Below are positions 20,698-33,450 of a stretch of DNA of 64,000 bases, in pieces. Source of the stretch: Balamuthia mandrillaris. Its lineage: Eukaryota. How positions within the stretch are numbered: the first letter of the stretch is position 1; each line of letters begins with the position of its first letter. The DNA lies in contig JAVKOQ020000041.1 of assembly GCA_031835245.2 (NCBI GenBank), positions 62,001 through 126,000 of the forward strand, in the 5' to 3' direction. The translations under genes and the position numbers were made by a program. Below the pieces are notes generated by a model, which ran no database searches, was not told where the DNA came from, and saw only the letters and a list, made by a program, of their open reading frames with translations.

Positions 20698-22613
20698 CGC
20701 TCTCTTGCGCATGTTCTCTTCTTCTGCTTCTGTTTCTCAACTCTCTTGCTTTTCTCGTGTTACCTACATAAAACAACAGAGAGGCAGAAGTTCTTCGAGA
20801 TGAAGGCGACAGGGATGTTTGCTTCTATAATGAATTATGCTTAAAACCAGATGAAGAAGTTCACTCTTCCAACAGCATTTGGTCAAACGTTGGTTACTTG
20901 TGGGCGGGTCTTACTCTCATTCTGTACTTGGTTTTATTACGTGTACATTGCTTTCTTTTCTCTTCTATCGCTATTCGCTTCTTTATATTTGCTGACCCAA
21001 CTGCAATATGCTATCTTTTCAGGTATTGAGATTGAGATACCTTGTCCCATCCGATCTTTATGTTATGTTCAGTATTGCAGTAGCGATTATCTTTGTTGGA
21101 ATTCTTTCTGCTATATATCACATTTGTCCCACGAGACAGATCTTCCAGTTTGACACTGCGTTCATGTTCATTGCTACAGGTACTCCTCTCTTCTTCTCTG
21201 CTTCTCGCTACGCATCTCTGCTTCTCTATGTTCGTTCTATTCTAGACAAACGGTTTTCTTTCATGTCTCAGTATTAATACTTTTTGCATAAAAAGGGATT
21301 GTTATAGTGGAAATATACCGCAAATACTTTCATACTACATTTCCACCATGGATGCCCTTCAGTTTCTTCGCCGTCTTGCTGCTACTCAATTACATCGGCT
21401 CTTTGATCGACACCGAAGAGGACTTAGAGGATAAAGCTGTCCCTCGCTATATCTTCAAAGCCATCCTCACAGTGTTTGCCTTCATCATCCTCAATATCTA
21501 CATTTGGTTTGTCTATACGAAAGAGGTTAGCACTGCGCTCAAATCAACCGAACCGCATCGAAAGAAGAAGTCTTTGCTACGATTATGTGCTAGCCGGTGG
21601 GAACGTATTTGGCACAGTCCTTGGCACCCTTATCGTCTCATCGCCGGTGCTATTTGGTTTATAACTCCTCTCGTTCTTTCTCTCGTCTTCTCTGCTTTCC
21701 TCCTTTCCTCTTATCTTCTCTGCTTTCTTCTTCTCGATTTTTCTTCTCGTGCTAACATTACTTGACTTCATATCAGGTACATCATTGTTCTCGCCATAAT
21801 TTGGTATCAGCCGAACTCGGATCTCTCCAAGACGTTATTAGCTTTAATGGTGGGCAGCTCTCTCTATTGGGTGGCTTACTACATCCTCAAAAAGATCATT
21901 CGTGGGGCCAAAGGATGTTTTTCCAGCAAAACGGATCCTCGTACTCGAGGCGCTTATGATCTTACCGTTGCTGCTGGTTCGTCGTTCTTTAATCTCTTTC
22001 AACGTTGTTCTCTCTCGTTTTACCTGACTGTTCTATGAAAGGGTTTCGATACAAGTGGTTGGTGTATGTATTGTGGATATATTTGGTGGTGTGTACTTTG
22101 GCCATATGGGTGGCTGCATTGGTCTTTTTCTCCGTCTTGTCTACCTCCGACAAAGAACTTCGGTATTTTCTTCTTCCTTTTTGTTTTGTTTTTGTTTTTG
22201 TTTTTGTTTTTGTTTTTGTTTTTGTTTTTGTTTTTGTTTTTGTTTTTGTTTTTGTTTGTTTTTGTTTTTGTTTTTGTTTTTGTTTTTGTTTTGGGGCTAA
22301 CTTTGTTAAACAAAATAGACCCGAAGAGTCGAGAGAACTGAACAGCAACTGCCTCATCGATGACTTTTGGGATGCTCACGACATTTGGCACATTCTCAGC
22401 GCTTTGGCGTTGATGGTGCAGGCTTTGCTCATTCTTCATATGGACATAGACGAGAGATACACAACCAAGTTGATGCACATAACACAAAAACAAGAGGAGG
22501 ACGCGGCAAAGAAGAGAGAAGCGGATGAAGAAGAGGATGAAGAAGAGATGCAACGAATAGAAGACAGAAAGAACAACTCGGAAAGTAGCTCAGATGACGA
22601 AGAAAGTGTTTAA
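19298..22613 (+). CDS. SID-1 transmembrane family protein (SID-1/SIDT/ChUP), multi-exon
   Basis: Signal peptide; spliced motifs CFYNELC...FNSIWSNVGY, SAIYHICPTRQIFQFDTAFM, PEESRELNSNC...FWDAHDIWHILSA, which are diagnostic SID-1 family motifs. Confidence 0.9.
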
Positions 22614-22675
22614 GCGCAACACAAAAGGAATAAAGTTGGATGTTTTTTGTACATACTTTTAAAAAAAGGGTTGAA

Positions 22676-22803
22676 TTACTTTTGTTTTGAAGCTTTGTAC
22701 TGTTCCGAAAGCACAGCCATCAGTTGTTTGTGCGGCGTCCCTGGCGGTTGTGCGCTCTTCACTTTTGCAAAGTTTTCCTATTTTTTTCCATTCTTTGTTA
22801 GAC

Positions 22804-22866
<63 letters not shown>

Positions 22867-24411
22867 CTTGACAAAAGAAGTAAAAGCGTTGCCTTGACGT
22901 GGAGCAGCAGGAGTGCCATCCTTCTTCATGCGAGGCAAGAGCCGCAGCTTGAAAGCGCAGCGATTGCAGCGATCGTTCTCCAGGTCAACCGATTTGGAGT
23001 GGCGACCAAATATCTTGCCACATTTGAGGTTGGTGCATTGGTACTTGTACTTGTGTTGGATGTTGTAGTTGTGATACTTTGTGACGGAGATGGAGGGACA
23101 TCCTTGTTCCACTTTTCTAGCCCTGTTTATCGTTCATTGTTTATTAGAGAAGCATAGAAAGGGCTAGAGAGCTAGAGAAGCAAAAAAAGAGAAGAAAAAG
23201 AGAAACATAAGAGCAAGGAATATGAACCATTTCCAGAAGGTGGGGCCGTGAGAAGACTCGGAGGATTCCGTAATGCCATCTAGCAACCAAACGGCAGCAT
23301 GACACATCTCATGAGCAAGTGTGTCACGCAGACGTGGATAGCTCGTCAACACTTTGACCGACAATTCGATGTAGGCCGATCGTTTGCCATTCGTCCTCTG
23401 TTGTTTTTCAGGTTAGAATGATGAAAGGAAACAGTGTTGAGGAGAGAGAGAAAAAACGAGAATGGGAGAAAGAGAAGCGAGAATAGAAAAGAAAGAGGAG
23501 AAGAGGCACACCAAAAGCTGGGTGCGACCAGCAGTTGTCAACAGTCGAATGGCCCATTCGAGCTTCATGTCGGCTGGCAGTTTGTTATCAAAACACTTTT
23601 TGTTTAGCTCACAATAAAGCTGCTCCGCCAACTCTTTGCGATACTTGGAAAACAAACGAGGAGTGTATCCTCCTCCTTCTACCATTTTCGTTGTCTTTGT
23701 TGTCGTTCTCTGCGACACTGCAGATGATGGTTTGATGGATGAAGCAGAAGATGAGGAGGAAGAAGGCACAACATTTGTCTTTGTAGTCTTTGTCGCTATA
23801 GTTGTTTTTGGAGTGAAAGCGGCTATATTTGTGGTTGTTGGAGTGAAAAGCGTGCGAATGCTTCGAGCAGGGATGCCCGAATGTGTTGTTGTGGTTGTTG
23901 GTGTTGCAAAGTCACCAACCACAGTTGAAGGGACACGTTTGTTTGGTGTAGCCATAGTAGCTAGTTGTTGTGGAGGTAAAGGTGTGGAGAGAATTGGAGG
24001 TAATGCTTGTTTTGGTGGTTGCTGTTCCCCTTCGCAAGAAGAAAAAGGAGAAGAGTCGGGAGAAGGACAGAAAGAAATGAGACGAGGCCCGTTTTCTTCT
24101 TCTCTTTTGTTTGTTTTGTCGTTCTTTGATACGTTTTCTTTGTCGTTGTCTTTTGTTTGATGAGTGCTGATCCGTTTCTTGTTTGAAGGGGGAGAAGGTG
24201 AAACAGAGAGCAACAACGACTTGAGACGATTGATGCTGTGCCTTGGCTTTGTTGACTTTTCTGGTGTCGGGAGAATGAACACAGAAGGAGTGGTTGGTTG
24301 TTGACGCTCTTCCCGTTGCTGTTTGTCCTTGCGAAAGTTCTTCATTCTCTCGTTCATTCTTTCCGTTCTTCTCTTCCCATCATTCTTTTGTACTATGACC
24401 ACTTCTTCTTC

Positions 24412-24456
<45 letters not shown>

Positions 24457-27439
24457 TTCATCTTCGTCTGCCTCAATAACTTCGTCGTCCTCTTCATCAT
24501 CATCTACCACCTCTTCTTCTCTTTCATTTTCGTCATCAAGTTCTTCGCTTTCGTCGTTGATGAAAGAATCATCCAATTGGTATTCATCGTCTTCTGCTGC
24601 GTCTTCGTCGGCAACATCCTCCAATAAGTCGTCCACACCACCAATCACTTGCTCTTCTTCGTCGTCCTCTTCATCATCATCATCTTCTACGTCGTTCACT
24701 TCTTCAGCTTCCTCATCCCAATCTCCAACAATAATTCTTGTCGTTACATCTTCCTGTTCTTCTTCTTCTTCTTCTTCTTCTTGTTCTTCTTCTTCTTCTT
24801 CTTCTTCTTGTTCTTCTTCTTCTTCTTCTTGTTCTTCTTCTTCTTCTTCTTGTTGTTGTTCTTCTTCTTCATCTTCATCTTCTTCTTCTTGTTCTTCTTC
24901 TTCTTCTTCTTCTTCTTCTTCTTCTTCTTCTTCACTTGTTGCATCTGCATCTTCATCGTCATCAAAAACGTGTGTTTCGGGTTCCTCTTGGTCTTTCAGA
25001 CTCGCTGAGTTGTCTCTTGGCCTAATAGAGCGTTCGTCCTCATCTACGTCACCTTCATCTTCGGATTCGCTCTCTATGACGATCTTCTTCAACCTTCTTC
25101 GTGGCTTGTTGGCAACACTAGTTGGTGTAAGCAATTTCAGTTCTTCATCTTCTTCCTCTTCCTTTTCCTCATAGTTCTCTTCCTTTTCATCACTCTCTCC
25201 TTCTATATCTTTCTGCTGTTCTGCATCCTCTTCCTCTGCATCTCCTTCTTCCTCCTTGTATTGTTCTTCTCCCAACTTTACTTCTTCGTCGCGCTCTTGT
25301 TGTTCAGTGGATGCGTTGTTGATTGCAGGTAAGAGGAATGCATCTTCCTCTTCGGAAAGATCGTCCCCTTCCACAACCACTCCCCACATATCTTCATCCT
25401 CAGCCTGTTCGTCTTCTTCAGGTTCTTCTTCTTCGTCCCCTTCAATTTCGTCTTCCTCGCCCACTTCTTCTGCTTCTTTGTTTACATCATCTTCATCTTC
25501 TTCCACAATCAGTGCTTTACATGTTTCATGCTGATTTGGTTCTTGCCGTTCTGTTAATGATTCACGCACTTTCATCACCTGTAATTCCTCCGCTTCTTCT
25601 TCTTCCTCTTCTTCCTCTTCTTCCTCTTCTTCCTCATCTTCCTCATCTTCCTCGTACTCGTTCTCGTAATTTTCCTCATCATTTTCTTCGGCTTCATCTT
25701 CATCTTCATCTTCGTATTCCTCTTCTTCATCAAGTTCATATTCAAGTTCCTCTTGTGATGTCTCAGAGGTCACATCTTTGGTAGGCGGTTGATCTTGCTC
25801 CTCATCTTCATCTTCTTGGTTATTGTCGAAAATGTTTAGTTGCTCCAACTGCTGTAAAATAAGTTGTTGTTCATCGATTTCTTCTTCCTCTTCTTCCTCT
25901 TCTTCGCTTTCCTTTGGTTCTTCCAAGTTGTGGTCCTCTTCTGCGTCCTCTTCATAGTCGTCTTCGGCTTCTGTAGTTGTGAATTCTTGTTCCGTTTCTG
26001 TTTGTCTTTCATCTTCCTCCTCACCACAAGTTGTAATTTCCTCAGCATTAGTGTCTGTTTCTTCCTCCGCTTCGTCTTCACTCTGGTAGTGTTCTTCCTC
26101 CAGTACGCCTACTTTCTCTTCTCCGATGAGTTTTTCTTCTTCTGCAGCCTCCTCCGCTTCTTCAAGAACTTCCTCTTCCTCTGATCCAACCAATTCTTCA
26201 TTTTGTTCATCTGCCGTTAGGGGAAGTTCTTCGTTCTCTTCGGTATCCACTTCTTCCACTTCGTTTCCTGTCTGCTCATTCTCCGTCTCCTGTTCTGCTT
26301 CTTGTTCCCCTTCATCCTCCATAAGCTTACGTTCTTCTTGATCATCATCATCTTCTGTTCCTTCCGTCCCTTCTTCATATTCCTCGCTGGTTATTTCCTC
26401 TTGGTGCAATTCATCCGCCACAACCCTGTTATCTTCGAACGTTTGTACCTCTTCCTCCTTCCCCTCTTCTCCATATTCCTCTTCCTTTGTATCCTTCGTT
26501 GTCACTTCCTTTTCCTTCGTGTCTACTTCCATTGCTGGTTTGTCTTCTCCCTCTTCGCTGACTTCTGACAAAGAGCCCAGTTGCAATTGTTCCAACTTAA
26601 TGGCCAAGGATGTTCTTTCGTCATGTTCAACATTTTCTTTCTCCACCAGCTCTATATCCTCCTCATCCTCTACTTCCGCTGCTTTCTCATTCTCTTCATC
26701 TGTCTCTTCAGGTGCTTGTTGTTCCAACTCGTGTCTCTCTTCCATTTCTTCTTGTTCACGTCCTACTTTACTTGTTTCTCCCTCACCAAAGCCTTTTTCA
26801 TCAACCACGTCTTCCTCTGCTTCTGCAACTGCTTGTTCTCCAACCTCCACTGGGTTGTCATTTTCTTCTTTTGACTCAACCACCGCATCCTCTTCTCTAT
26901 GTGCTTCGTGCGCGTCATCCTCCTCTTCCTGCTTTTCATCCTCGTTTTTGTTGTCGTTAGTCTCTGCGTCCGAAGAAGCAACCCCATCCTCATCAACCAC
27001 ATCGACCTCAAGAGGAGCATGCTGAGTGTCAACTTCCACGCAACATTCTTCTTTGCCATCGAGCAAAGAGGTTGGGAGTGGCTCCACGACATACTTGGCA
27101 CGAAGCAACTTTTTTTTTGGTGTACAAACGAAGATAAGATGGTTAGCATGAAAGAGAGATGCAAAAAGGAAGTGAATGCAACAACAAGGAAAGAGTGAAA
27201 AATGAGAGAAGAGGTACCTTGTTGAACCAAGGGGCTTTGCTGATGGCAGCTACGTCGCCAGAGCCGTCCATCCAGCCACGAAACCGAGCCGCCGCCTCAA
27301 AACACTCCTTGACCTCCCTCCACAGCGCCGCCCTGTCCTGCTGTTGCATCGGCTCCTCTTCTCCCGCTACCTGTGGACGGCGTCCCCGTTCCTCCTTCTG
27401 GTCCGTCTCCTCCTCCTCCCAACATGCGTGTCCCTCCAT
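22676..27439 (-). CDS. GCNA/ACRC-like SprT-family metalloprotease (acidic IDR + SprT + Zn ribbon + HMG-like box)
   Basis: ~900-aa D/E-rich region; LN..CFDNKLP....W..RL.TTAG; IELSVKV...RLRDTLAHEMCHAA (HExxH); HGPTFW; YKYQC...C...GRHSKS....RC..C; NAFTSFVKENFAKVK HMG-like tail. Confidence 0.85.
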
Positions 27440-28166
27440 AACGTTATCGTTTGTTTGTTTTTTCAACAAAAAGCCTCCCCTCCCCGCCTTGCGCTCGCTT
27501 CTCCCCCAAAGAGACTGCTCCCTGTTATGTTTTTGTTTTTTTTTTTTTTTTTTTTTTGTGCGTTGCAGCGCGGATTACTCCATCCGTTGGCACAAAACTT
27601 TTTCGGCGGGAAAGTGTTATTATTATTTGTAGACATTCATGAATTATCTCCAATCAAAAATCAAACAGACGTACGTCGACAAAAATAGAAAAAGTACCTT
27701 GGAAAAAAGTTCAGGACGTCGCGACGGAGAGCAAGGCCTCTGCTACTTTTTTTCTCTACTTGGTGCCAGCATGCTTCAGCACCGGGCAAAAATGGTAGAT
27801 ATCCCCCCACGACCATAAACTTCACACCCACCGATAAAAAATTCACCCTCAGGTAAAAGTCCCAACCTATTAGGGTGACATGAATTATGAGTAACTCTAT
27901 CGTTACATTGCTACTGTGTTTCTCTTTGCTTGGCGAGAGGATTAACCGTTGTAAAAGAAACTGTCAGGAATTGAAAGCATGCTGTATCCTTGGTCAACGG
28001 TTATTCCTCTCACCATTCTTGCCCGCCATACTTTTCTATTTGTTCCCGCCTTTTTTTTTCAATAACGTTACCGTTACTTTTTCTTGGGTTGTAACAAGGT
28101 CTTCTTCTTTAACTTTTTTCTTTCAACTAGAACCAGCTACACACAACCATCACACACCTTTTTTGT

Positions 28167-30560
28167 TTGTTTGGCTTTTTGTTTTTTCCTTTTTTTTTTT
28201 CTCATTATGGAAGCGAAGAAAAGAATTTGCCGGATACGGGTGGATTTTTGAACAGAAAGGTTCCATTGCAGCAGCTTTCAAGGTTGTACAATGGAGGAGA
28301 GGATGCTCCGACCTTCTATCGAGTCCAATGGAGATCAACTCGTGGGCTTACAAAGCGAACAGGAGTGAAGGTGCTTAGTAATCCTCGCACCACCCTTGAA
28401 GGAGTGAAAGTGTTGGTGGCACCAACAGTCAAGAAGGCGAAGAATGGAGTCCTTGAGGTTGCACTCAGCGAGAATCTTCACGGCTCTGGCGGCTTTGCCT
28501 GTGCTCCTCCAAGCAGAAAGAAAAACAAAAAAATAAAGGACTGTGGAGTGCAAAGCCGTTGGGTGGTGTTTAGAGACGAGCTAAACACTGCCTACATCTA
28601 CATCCAGAAGGAAGCCCAAAGCCACGGACCTGGGTTTTGTGCGCCTTCTGCAATGCCTATGACGCCTGCGCTTCGACAGTGGCTCCGCCAGATGGATGGG
28701 CAAGGAGCAAAAGAAGACGGGATGAAAGGGAGGGGAGGAGCAATGACGGCGCATGAGCTGCAACAACTGTTGCTGGGGGGCGCTTGCGAGCTGGTCAAGG
28801 ATGCTCGTGATGTACCAACTGTGCAGGAGATTGCCACCGTAATCCACAACGGAAGGAAAAAACTGCGAATCGGCAAGAAAGGCCAAACCAGAGCAGAAGC
28901 CCTCCAAGAGGCCTTGAATCGACCCGAGCTGGCTTCCACTATCCTTTTTCCACCTTTGGAGAGCCGTGAAACGTACATCCTTGATCGCACTGCAGCCCAT
29001 CGGCCATGGATGATTTTTCTGATCGCGCCTTATGCAGTCACTGTGCTTCAGCGATGGGGTAAGGATGTAGTCGGCCTGGACAGCATCTACAAGCTATCCA
29101 AGTCACATCATCCTGTTTGGGCACTGGTGGTGCAAGATGACTTGGGACGGAGCTGGCCTGTTGCCTTCGCTGTTGCTAGCAAGGAACGAGCTGCAGTTGT
29201 GCGCTTTTTTCTTTCGTCCGTTCGTCACTTTTTTGAGACACAGACCACAACGATCTACTCCCCGAACACTACGTGGCAACCCTTTGTAATGATCGACAAA
29301 GACAAGGTGGAGCGCAACGGGGCGACAAGCGCTGGCTTTCAGGTGTTGTTGTGCGACTTTCATACGCAACAACTGTGGAGAAAAAAAGTTGCACAGTATG
29401 GTTTGTTCTCTCTTTCATGCATGCATCTGCTCTCTTGCTCTCATTGTTCATACAAGTAGAAACTAACAATAATACCAAACAACAAGGGAAGGATGATGGA
29501 AGTGTGTTGGGTTTATTAAAAAGACTGCAACACGCCATGACAGAAGAAGCAGAGGAAGAAGCAACCAAGGTGTTGCAGAACTATTGCCAAAAAAAGAGGA
29601 TTACCCGTTTCTGGAAGTACTTTGACAAGAACTGGCTTTCTCCTCCATGGGCATCAACGTGGAAAAGCATTGGTCGTCCGGGGCACCGAGAGGGCTTGTG
29701 GAATACCAACAATGCAACAGAGACTATCTTTCGGAGTGTTCTCCGTGATTTCCACTGCAAGGGCACCAAAGGGGACCACAACTTGGTCTTAACGTTAGCA
29801 GACAATGTGTTTCGGCGCTACAATGTAGAGCTCAACCGCATCAACGTGCAACAGCAACGCCCAAGCCGTGGTGTTCGCCGGCTGTGGAGGAGATATCAAG
29901 AGGGATTGCGGCTGGCACAGCACCAACAGAGTGAGAAACAGAAAAAAAAAAAAAGCAGAAACAGAGAAAGACAGCAATAGCGATGATGACAACAATGACA
30001 GAGAGGAAAAAGAGGCAGAAGGAGAAGGATTGAACGCACATTTTGTGGAGCTTGCTGACGGCGTTTTCAAATGGAACGAGTACGATGTGAGTATAGAATC
30101 GCCTTCATGCACCTGTCCTTACTTTCGGTATTATGGTAGGAGGTGCAAACATGTTTTTGGACTTGCTGCTCATCTACAGAAAACATTTTCAGATCAGAAC
30201 CTTTTAGAGCTTGGACTGAAAAGACAAACAAGACGCACCAACAGCAGCACCTCAAAAGTGGCAAGAATGGTTGAAGACGAGATTGTTGAAGCAGATGATG
30301 CTGACTTGCTGGAGCAACGTGTAGCGCCTGTTACCCTTGATGATGAAGATGAGGAAGGAGAGGAGGGCCATGAACAGGAAGAGGAAAGGCCGACCCTGCT
30401 ACTGTTGGAGGAGCCATCGATGGATGAACTTGGTGAGGACGACGGCGGAGATCTTGAGGAAGAAACTTCTGAAGGAGATGAACACAACAATAAGAAAGAA
30501 GAGAAGGAGGAGAAGGAGGAGAAGGAGGAGAGGAGAAGGAAAAGGAGAAAGACAAACTGA
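28167..30560 (+). CDS. MULE transposase with SWIM zinc finger (intron-containing, apparent frameshifts)
   Basis: DDE-type residues GLDSIYK / MIDKD / NTNNATE, CxxH (CDFH), YFDKNW; SWIM CTCPYFRYYGRRCKH; frame change at the A13 run 29942-29954. True start codon uncertain. Confidence 0.85.
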
Positions 30561-31409
30561 ATGCAAACAAAAATCAAGGAACAAAGCATCAACATCCAGT
30601 GGAGCCAAAAATCGAGTACTCTAGCAAGCAAGAAGCAGAACAAGCAATCGCATATGCTACAGGGAAGTCATCACCTGGGAGGCCGCGAAATACAACAAAG
30701 AGGCCGAAAGTAGCAACCAACCTGCGACTCACAGAAGAATGTTTGCTTGAATTAAGTTAGTATCTCTTTTTTTTAAACAAAATCTCTCCCTCCTTTCCTT
30801 CTTTTAGCTAACACCTCACACAAACACCAGAAACCGAACGTACCTTTCAATCAAATTTAACAAAACCTGAAACAACAAAGAAAAAGGCAGCGGCGGTGGC
30901 GGCGGCTGCACCAAAAAAACAACAAAATCAAAAAACAAAAACGCAAAGTCGTATGTTTGTCACTTTTTGTATCAAGCAGATTCTTTTTCTGAAGTTGATT
31001 TTTGTCATTTTTGAAGAGTGCAAAGCAAAGCGTACCTCTCAATGGCAAAAGAACTGTAAAACGGAAGAGATCTATGGCGTCGCACCCGTGGTGAACTACC
31101 AGGATCCCCGAGTGGACATAAGGAAGCCTCTCTCTCCAAAACGACAACTGAAGCCCAACCCACGGTACCAGAAAACACAGGTCGTGAAGCTCCTCTCTCC
31201 TCAAAAAAAAGAACAGAACGAAGAAAGAAAAGGTGCCCAGCGTGACAAAGAAAAGACTGGCCAAAAGAACAAAACGAAAAAAAAAAGCCCCCTAAAAAAT
31301 AAATTTTTGATTTTTCTGAACCCTTTTCTCCACTCTCTAAAATAATGGCCAGCGCACGCTTTGGTGGCAAAATAGCACAAAAATAATAGGTTGTTATAAA
31401 TACATATTA

Positions 31410-31495
31410 GGGTGGGTAAATTACCTGAGGGGTGGGACGTTTACCGAAGGGGTGGGACTTTTAGCGTTGTGGGGTGGGACGTTTACCCGATTCGC
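31410..31495. repeat. Right TIR made of four ~20-22-bp GGGTGGGAC(G/T)TTTA-type subrepeats
   Basis: Units start at ~31410, 31430, 31450 and 31472; a degenerate inverted counterpart lies at 27786-27872. Confidence 0.8.
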
Positions 31496-33355
31496 CAGCA
31501 CCGGCAACCAACCCCAACACCAGAGGAACCCGAAGAAGGGGAGATAGTTGAACAACAACGACAACGACCAGGAGACGAGGAAGCGGAGGAAGAAGAGGAA
31601 GAAGAGCAGTGTGTATACCACAGCGGAAGCGGTCTTTACCTCCACAAGCCGTCCAACTTGTACCTCCGCTTCCATGCCAAAGGAAGCCTTGCCTTCCACT
31701 GGAGTGCCAAACACTGGGCCTTTCTGGAGGTGGTGGAGCAGGGAGAAGTGTTTGGGCAAGCAACCAGCACGCTCGTGGGAGAGGAGAAGAAAGAAGAAGA
31801 AGCACCATGCTCGTTCTGCTACGATGAAACCAGTGGCACTTATTATGACCAGAAGACTGGCCTCTACTACGACCCTTCCTCTGGTTTGTCCCTTTTATCA
31901 TTGCCATAAAAGAGCTGAAAGAAGAGGAGAAGGAGGATAGAGTGAAGTAAAGAATCAACTAGAAAGAGCAGTAGAGCAGCAAGAACCAGAGAAGCAAATG
32001 CACAGAGAGAGAGAGAGAGAGACAGAGAGTTTATGTTGTAAAGAACCAACTGACAAGAGTACCGCTAGATCTGTATCAGGACTTGTCCAAGTATCCAATA
32101 CTGGAATACCACTACAATGCAGCCACTCGCACATATCACAAGATAAAACAGAGACAGCACGGTGAAGGCGGCACCGCCAACCACGATGGCAACAATGTGT
32201 TGCTGTTGTTTCGCATCGGCGAAGAGGACAACCCTCCGCTTGCACGTTTTCCGCTCTCTTCTTCCTTGTCGGACCCATCTGCGGTCACTGGAGAAGAAGG
32301 GCTAGAAGAGAACAAGAAAGGGAGAAAGAGAAAGCAACGCTCTTCGTCTTGTGCATGGCGAAGCCCAACCGAAAATACAGCATCAGCAACTGCACCGCTC
32401 CACCAGCTTAGTATAGGCAGGTCTCGAGCCAACAACGTAGTTTTGGCAGACGATGAAGAGGTCAGCAAACATCATGCTGTCCTTCAATGGCAACAAATGT
32501 ATTGGCAAACATTCTTCTGGATAACTGACTTGAGAAGGTTTGTTTCATCTTTGCTTTCACCTTGGTTTTTGTTAAGTGCTCAGTTGAAAAACTTTTTACA
32601 ACAGTAAAAATGGAACATACTTGAATGGAGTTCGATTGCAACCACAAGCTGAAAGCGAAACCACCAACCATGGTGGAGATCTGGGCGTTGAAGAAACCAA
32701 ACAGTATCTCAAACGAGGAGATGACATTCTTATCGGCGGATACCGCATCGTCGTTTCTGTTGCCGAAAGCAACGAACAAGAAGCAGAAGCTGAAAAGAAG
32801 GGAACCAACGAAGAAGGCGTGACAGACGAGCTTGCGTCACCTCAACCCTCCGTTCTCGAAAAACAGTTTAAACCAAACTTGGAACATCCGGTCTTTCAAC
32901 CTTTGGTTCGATGGAAAGAGCAACAACTGCAACACAAACGACGAAGACAGCTTACTGCCCTTACCAAGGAAGAAAAACTGGAACGAAGAAAAACGCTAAA
33001 ACAACTGCAACAGAAAGAAACGCAAAAGAAGAGTACCCTGCGTTTTGACAAGAGCGAAGCAAAAGAGTTCAACCAGTATATCGCCAACCAAAGCAAGAAC
33101 GACGACGATGCACAACATCAACTACCAGAAGAGTACTTGAGATACGTTCCTCGGACGCCTCATCTTCACGGCACAGAAAAGCGAGACAAGGGCTCTGCCT
33201 TAACGAAGGAGGAAAGCAAAGGCTATGCCATGTTGGAACGGATGGGGTGGAAGGCGGGGGAGGGGCTCGGAAAGAGCAAGAGCGGCATCAAGACACCATT
33301 GGACCCGGATGCCACTTCTTCCAGGGCTGGTCTGGGCTTCTTTTCTTCTTCGTAA
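31496..33355 (+). CDS. AGGF1-like OCRE + FHA + G-patch protein; first codons (ATG 27771) separated by the MULE
   Basis: OCRE FCYDETSGTYYDQKTGLYYDPSS; FHA SIGRSRANNVVL..EEVSKHHA...DL.S.NGT.LNG; G-patch SKGYAMLERMGWKAGEGLGKSKSGIKTP...RAGLG. Confidence 0.85.
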
Positions 33356-33450
33356 CCTCCTCAACGTAAGAACAAAACTCCTCACTTTCTTTTCTCTTTC
33401 TTACGTGCTTTGCTGTCGACAATAGAACCAAGAAAGCAAGAAAGAAAGGG

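Larger units (their letters stand above)
27786..31495 (+). mobile_element. Mutator-like (MULE) DNA transposon, ~3.7 kb
   Basis: 9-bp TSD CAGCACCGG at 27777-27785 and 31496-31504; imperfect ~90-bp TIRs (left GCAAAAATGGTAGATATCCCC..., right reverse complement GCGAATCGGGTAAACGTCCC...); internal MULE + SWIM transposase. Confidence 0.9.

Noticed and set aside
31410..31495. Regularly spaced repeats as a CRISPR-like array
   Set aside because: Units are contiguous with no unique spacers, lie in a transposon TIR, and the context is eukaryotic with no cas genes.
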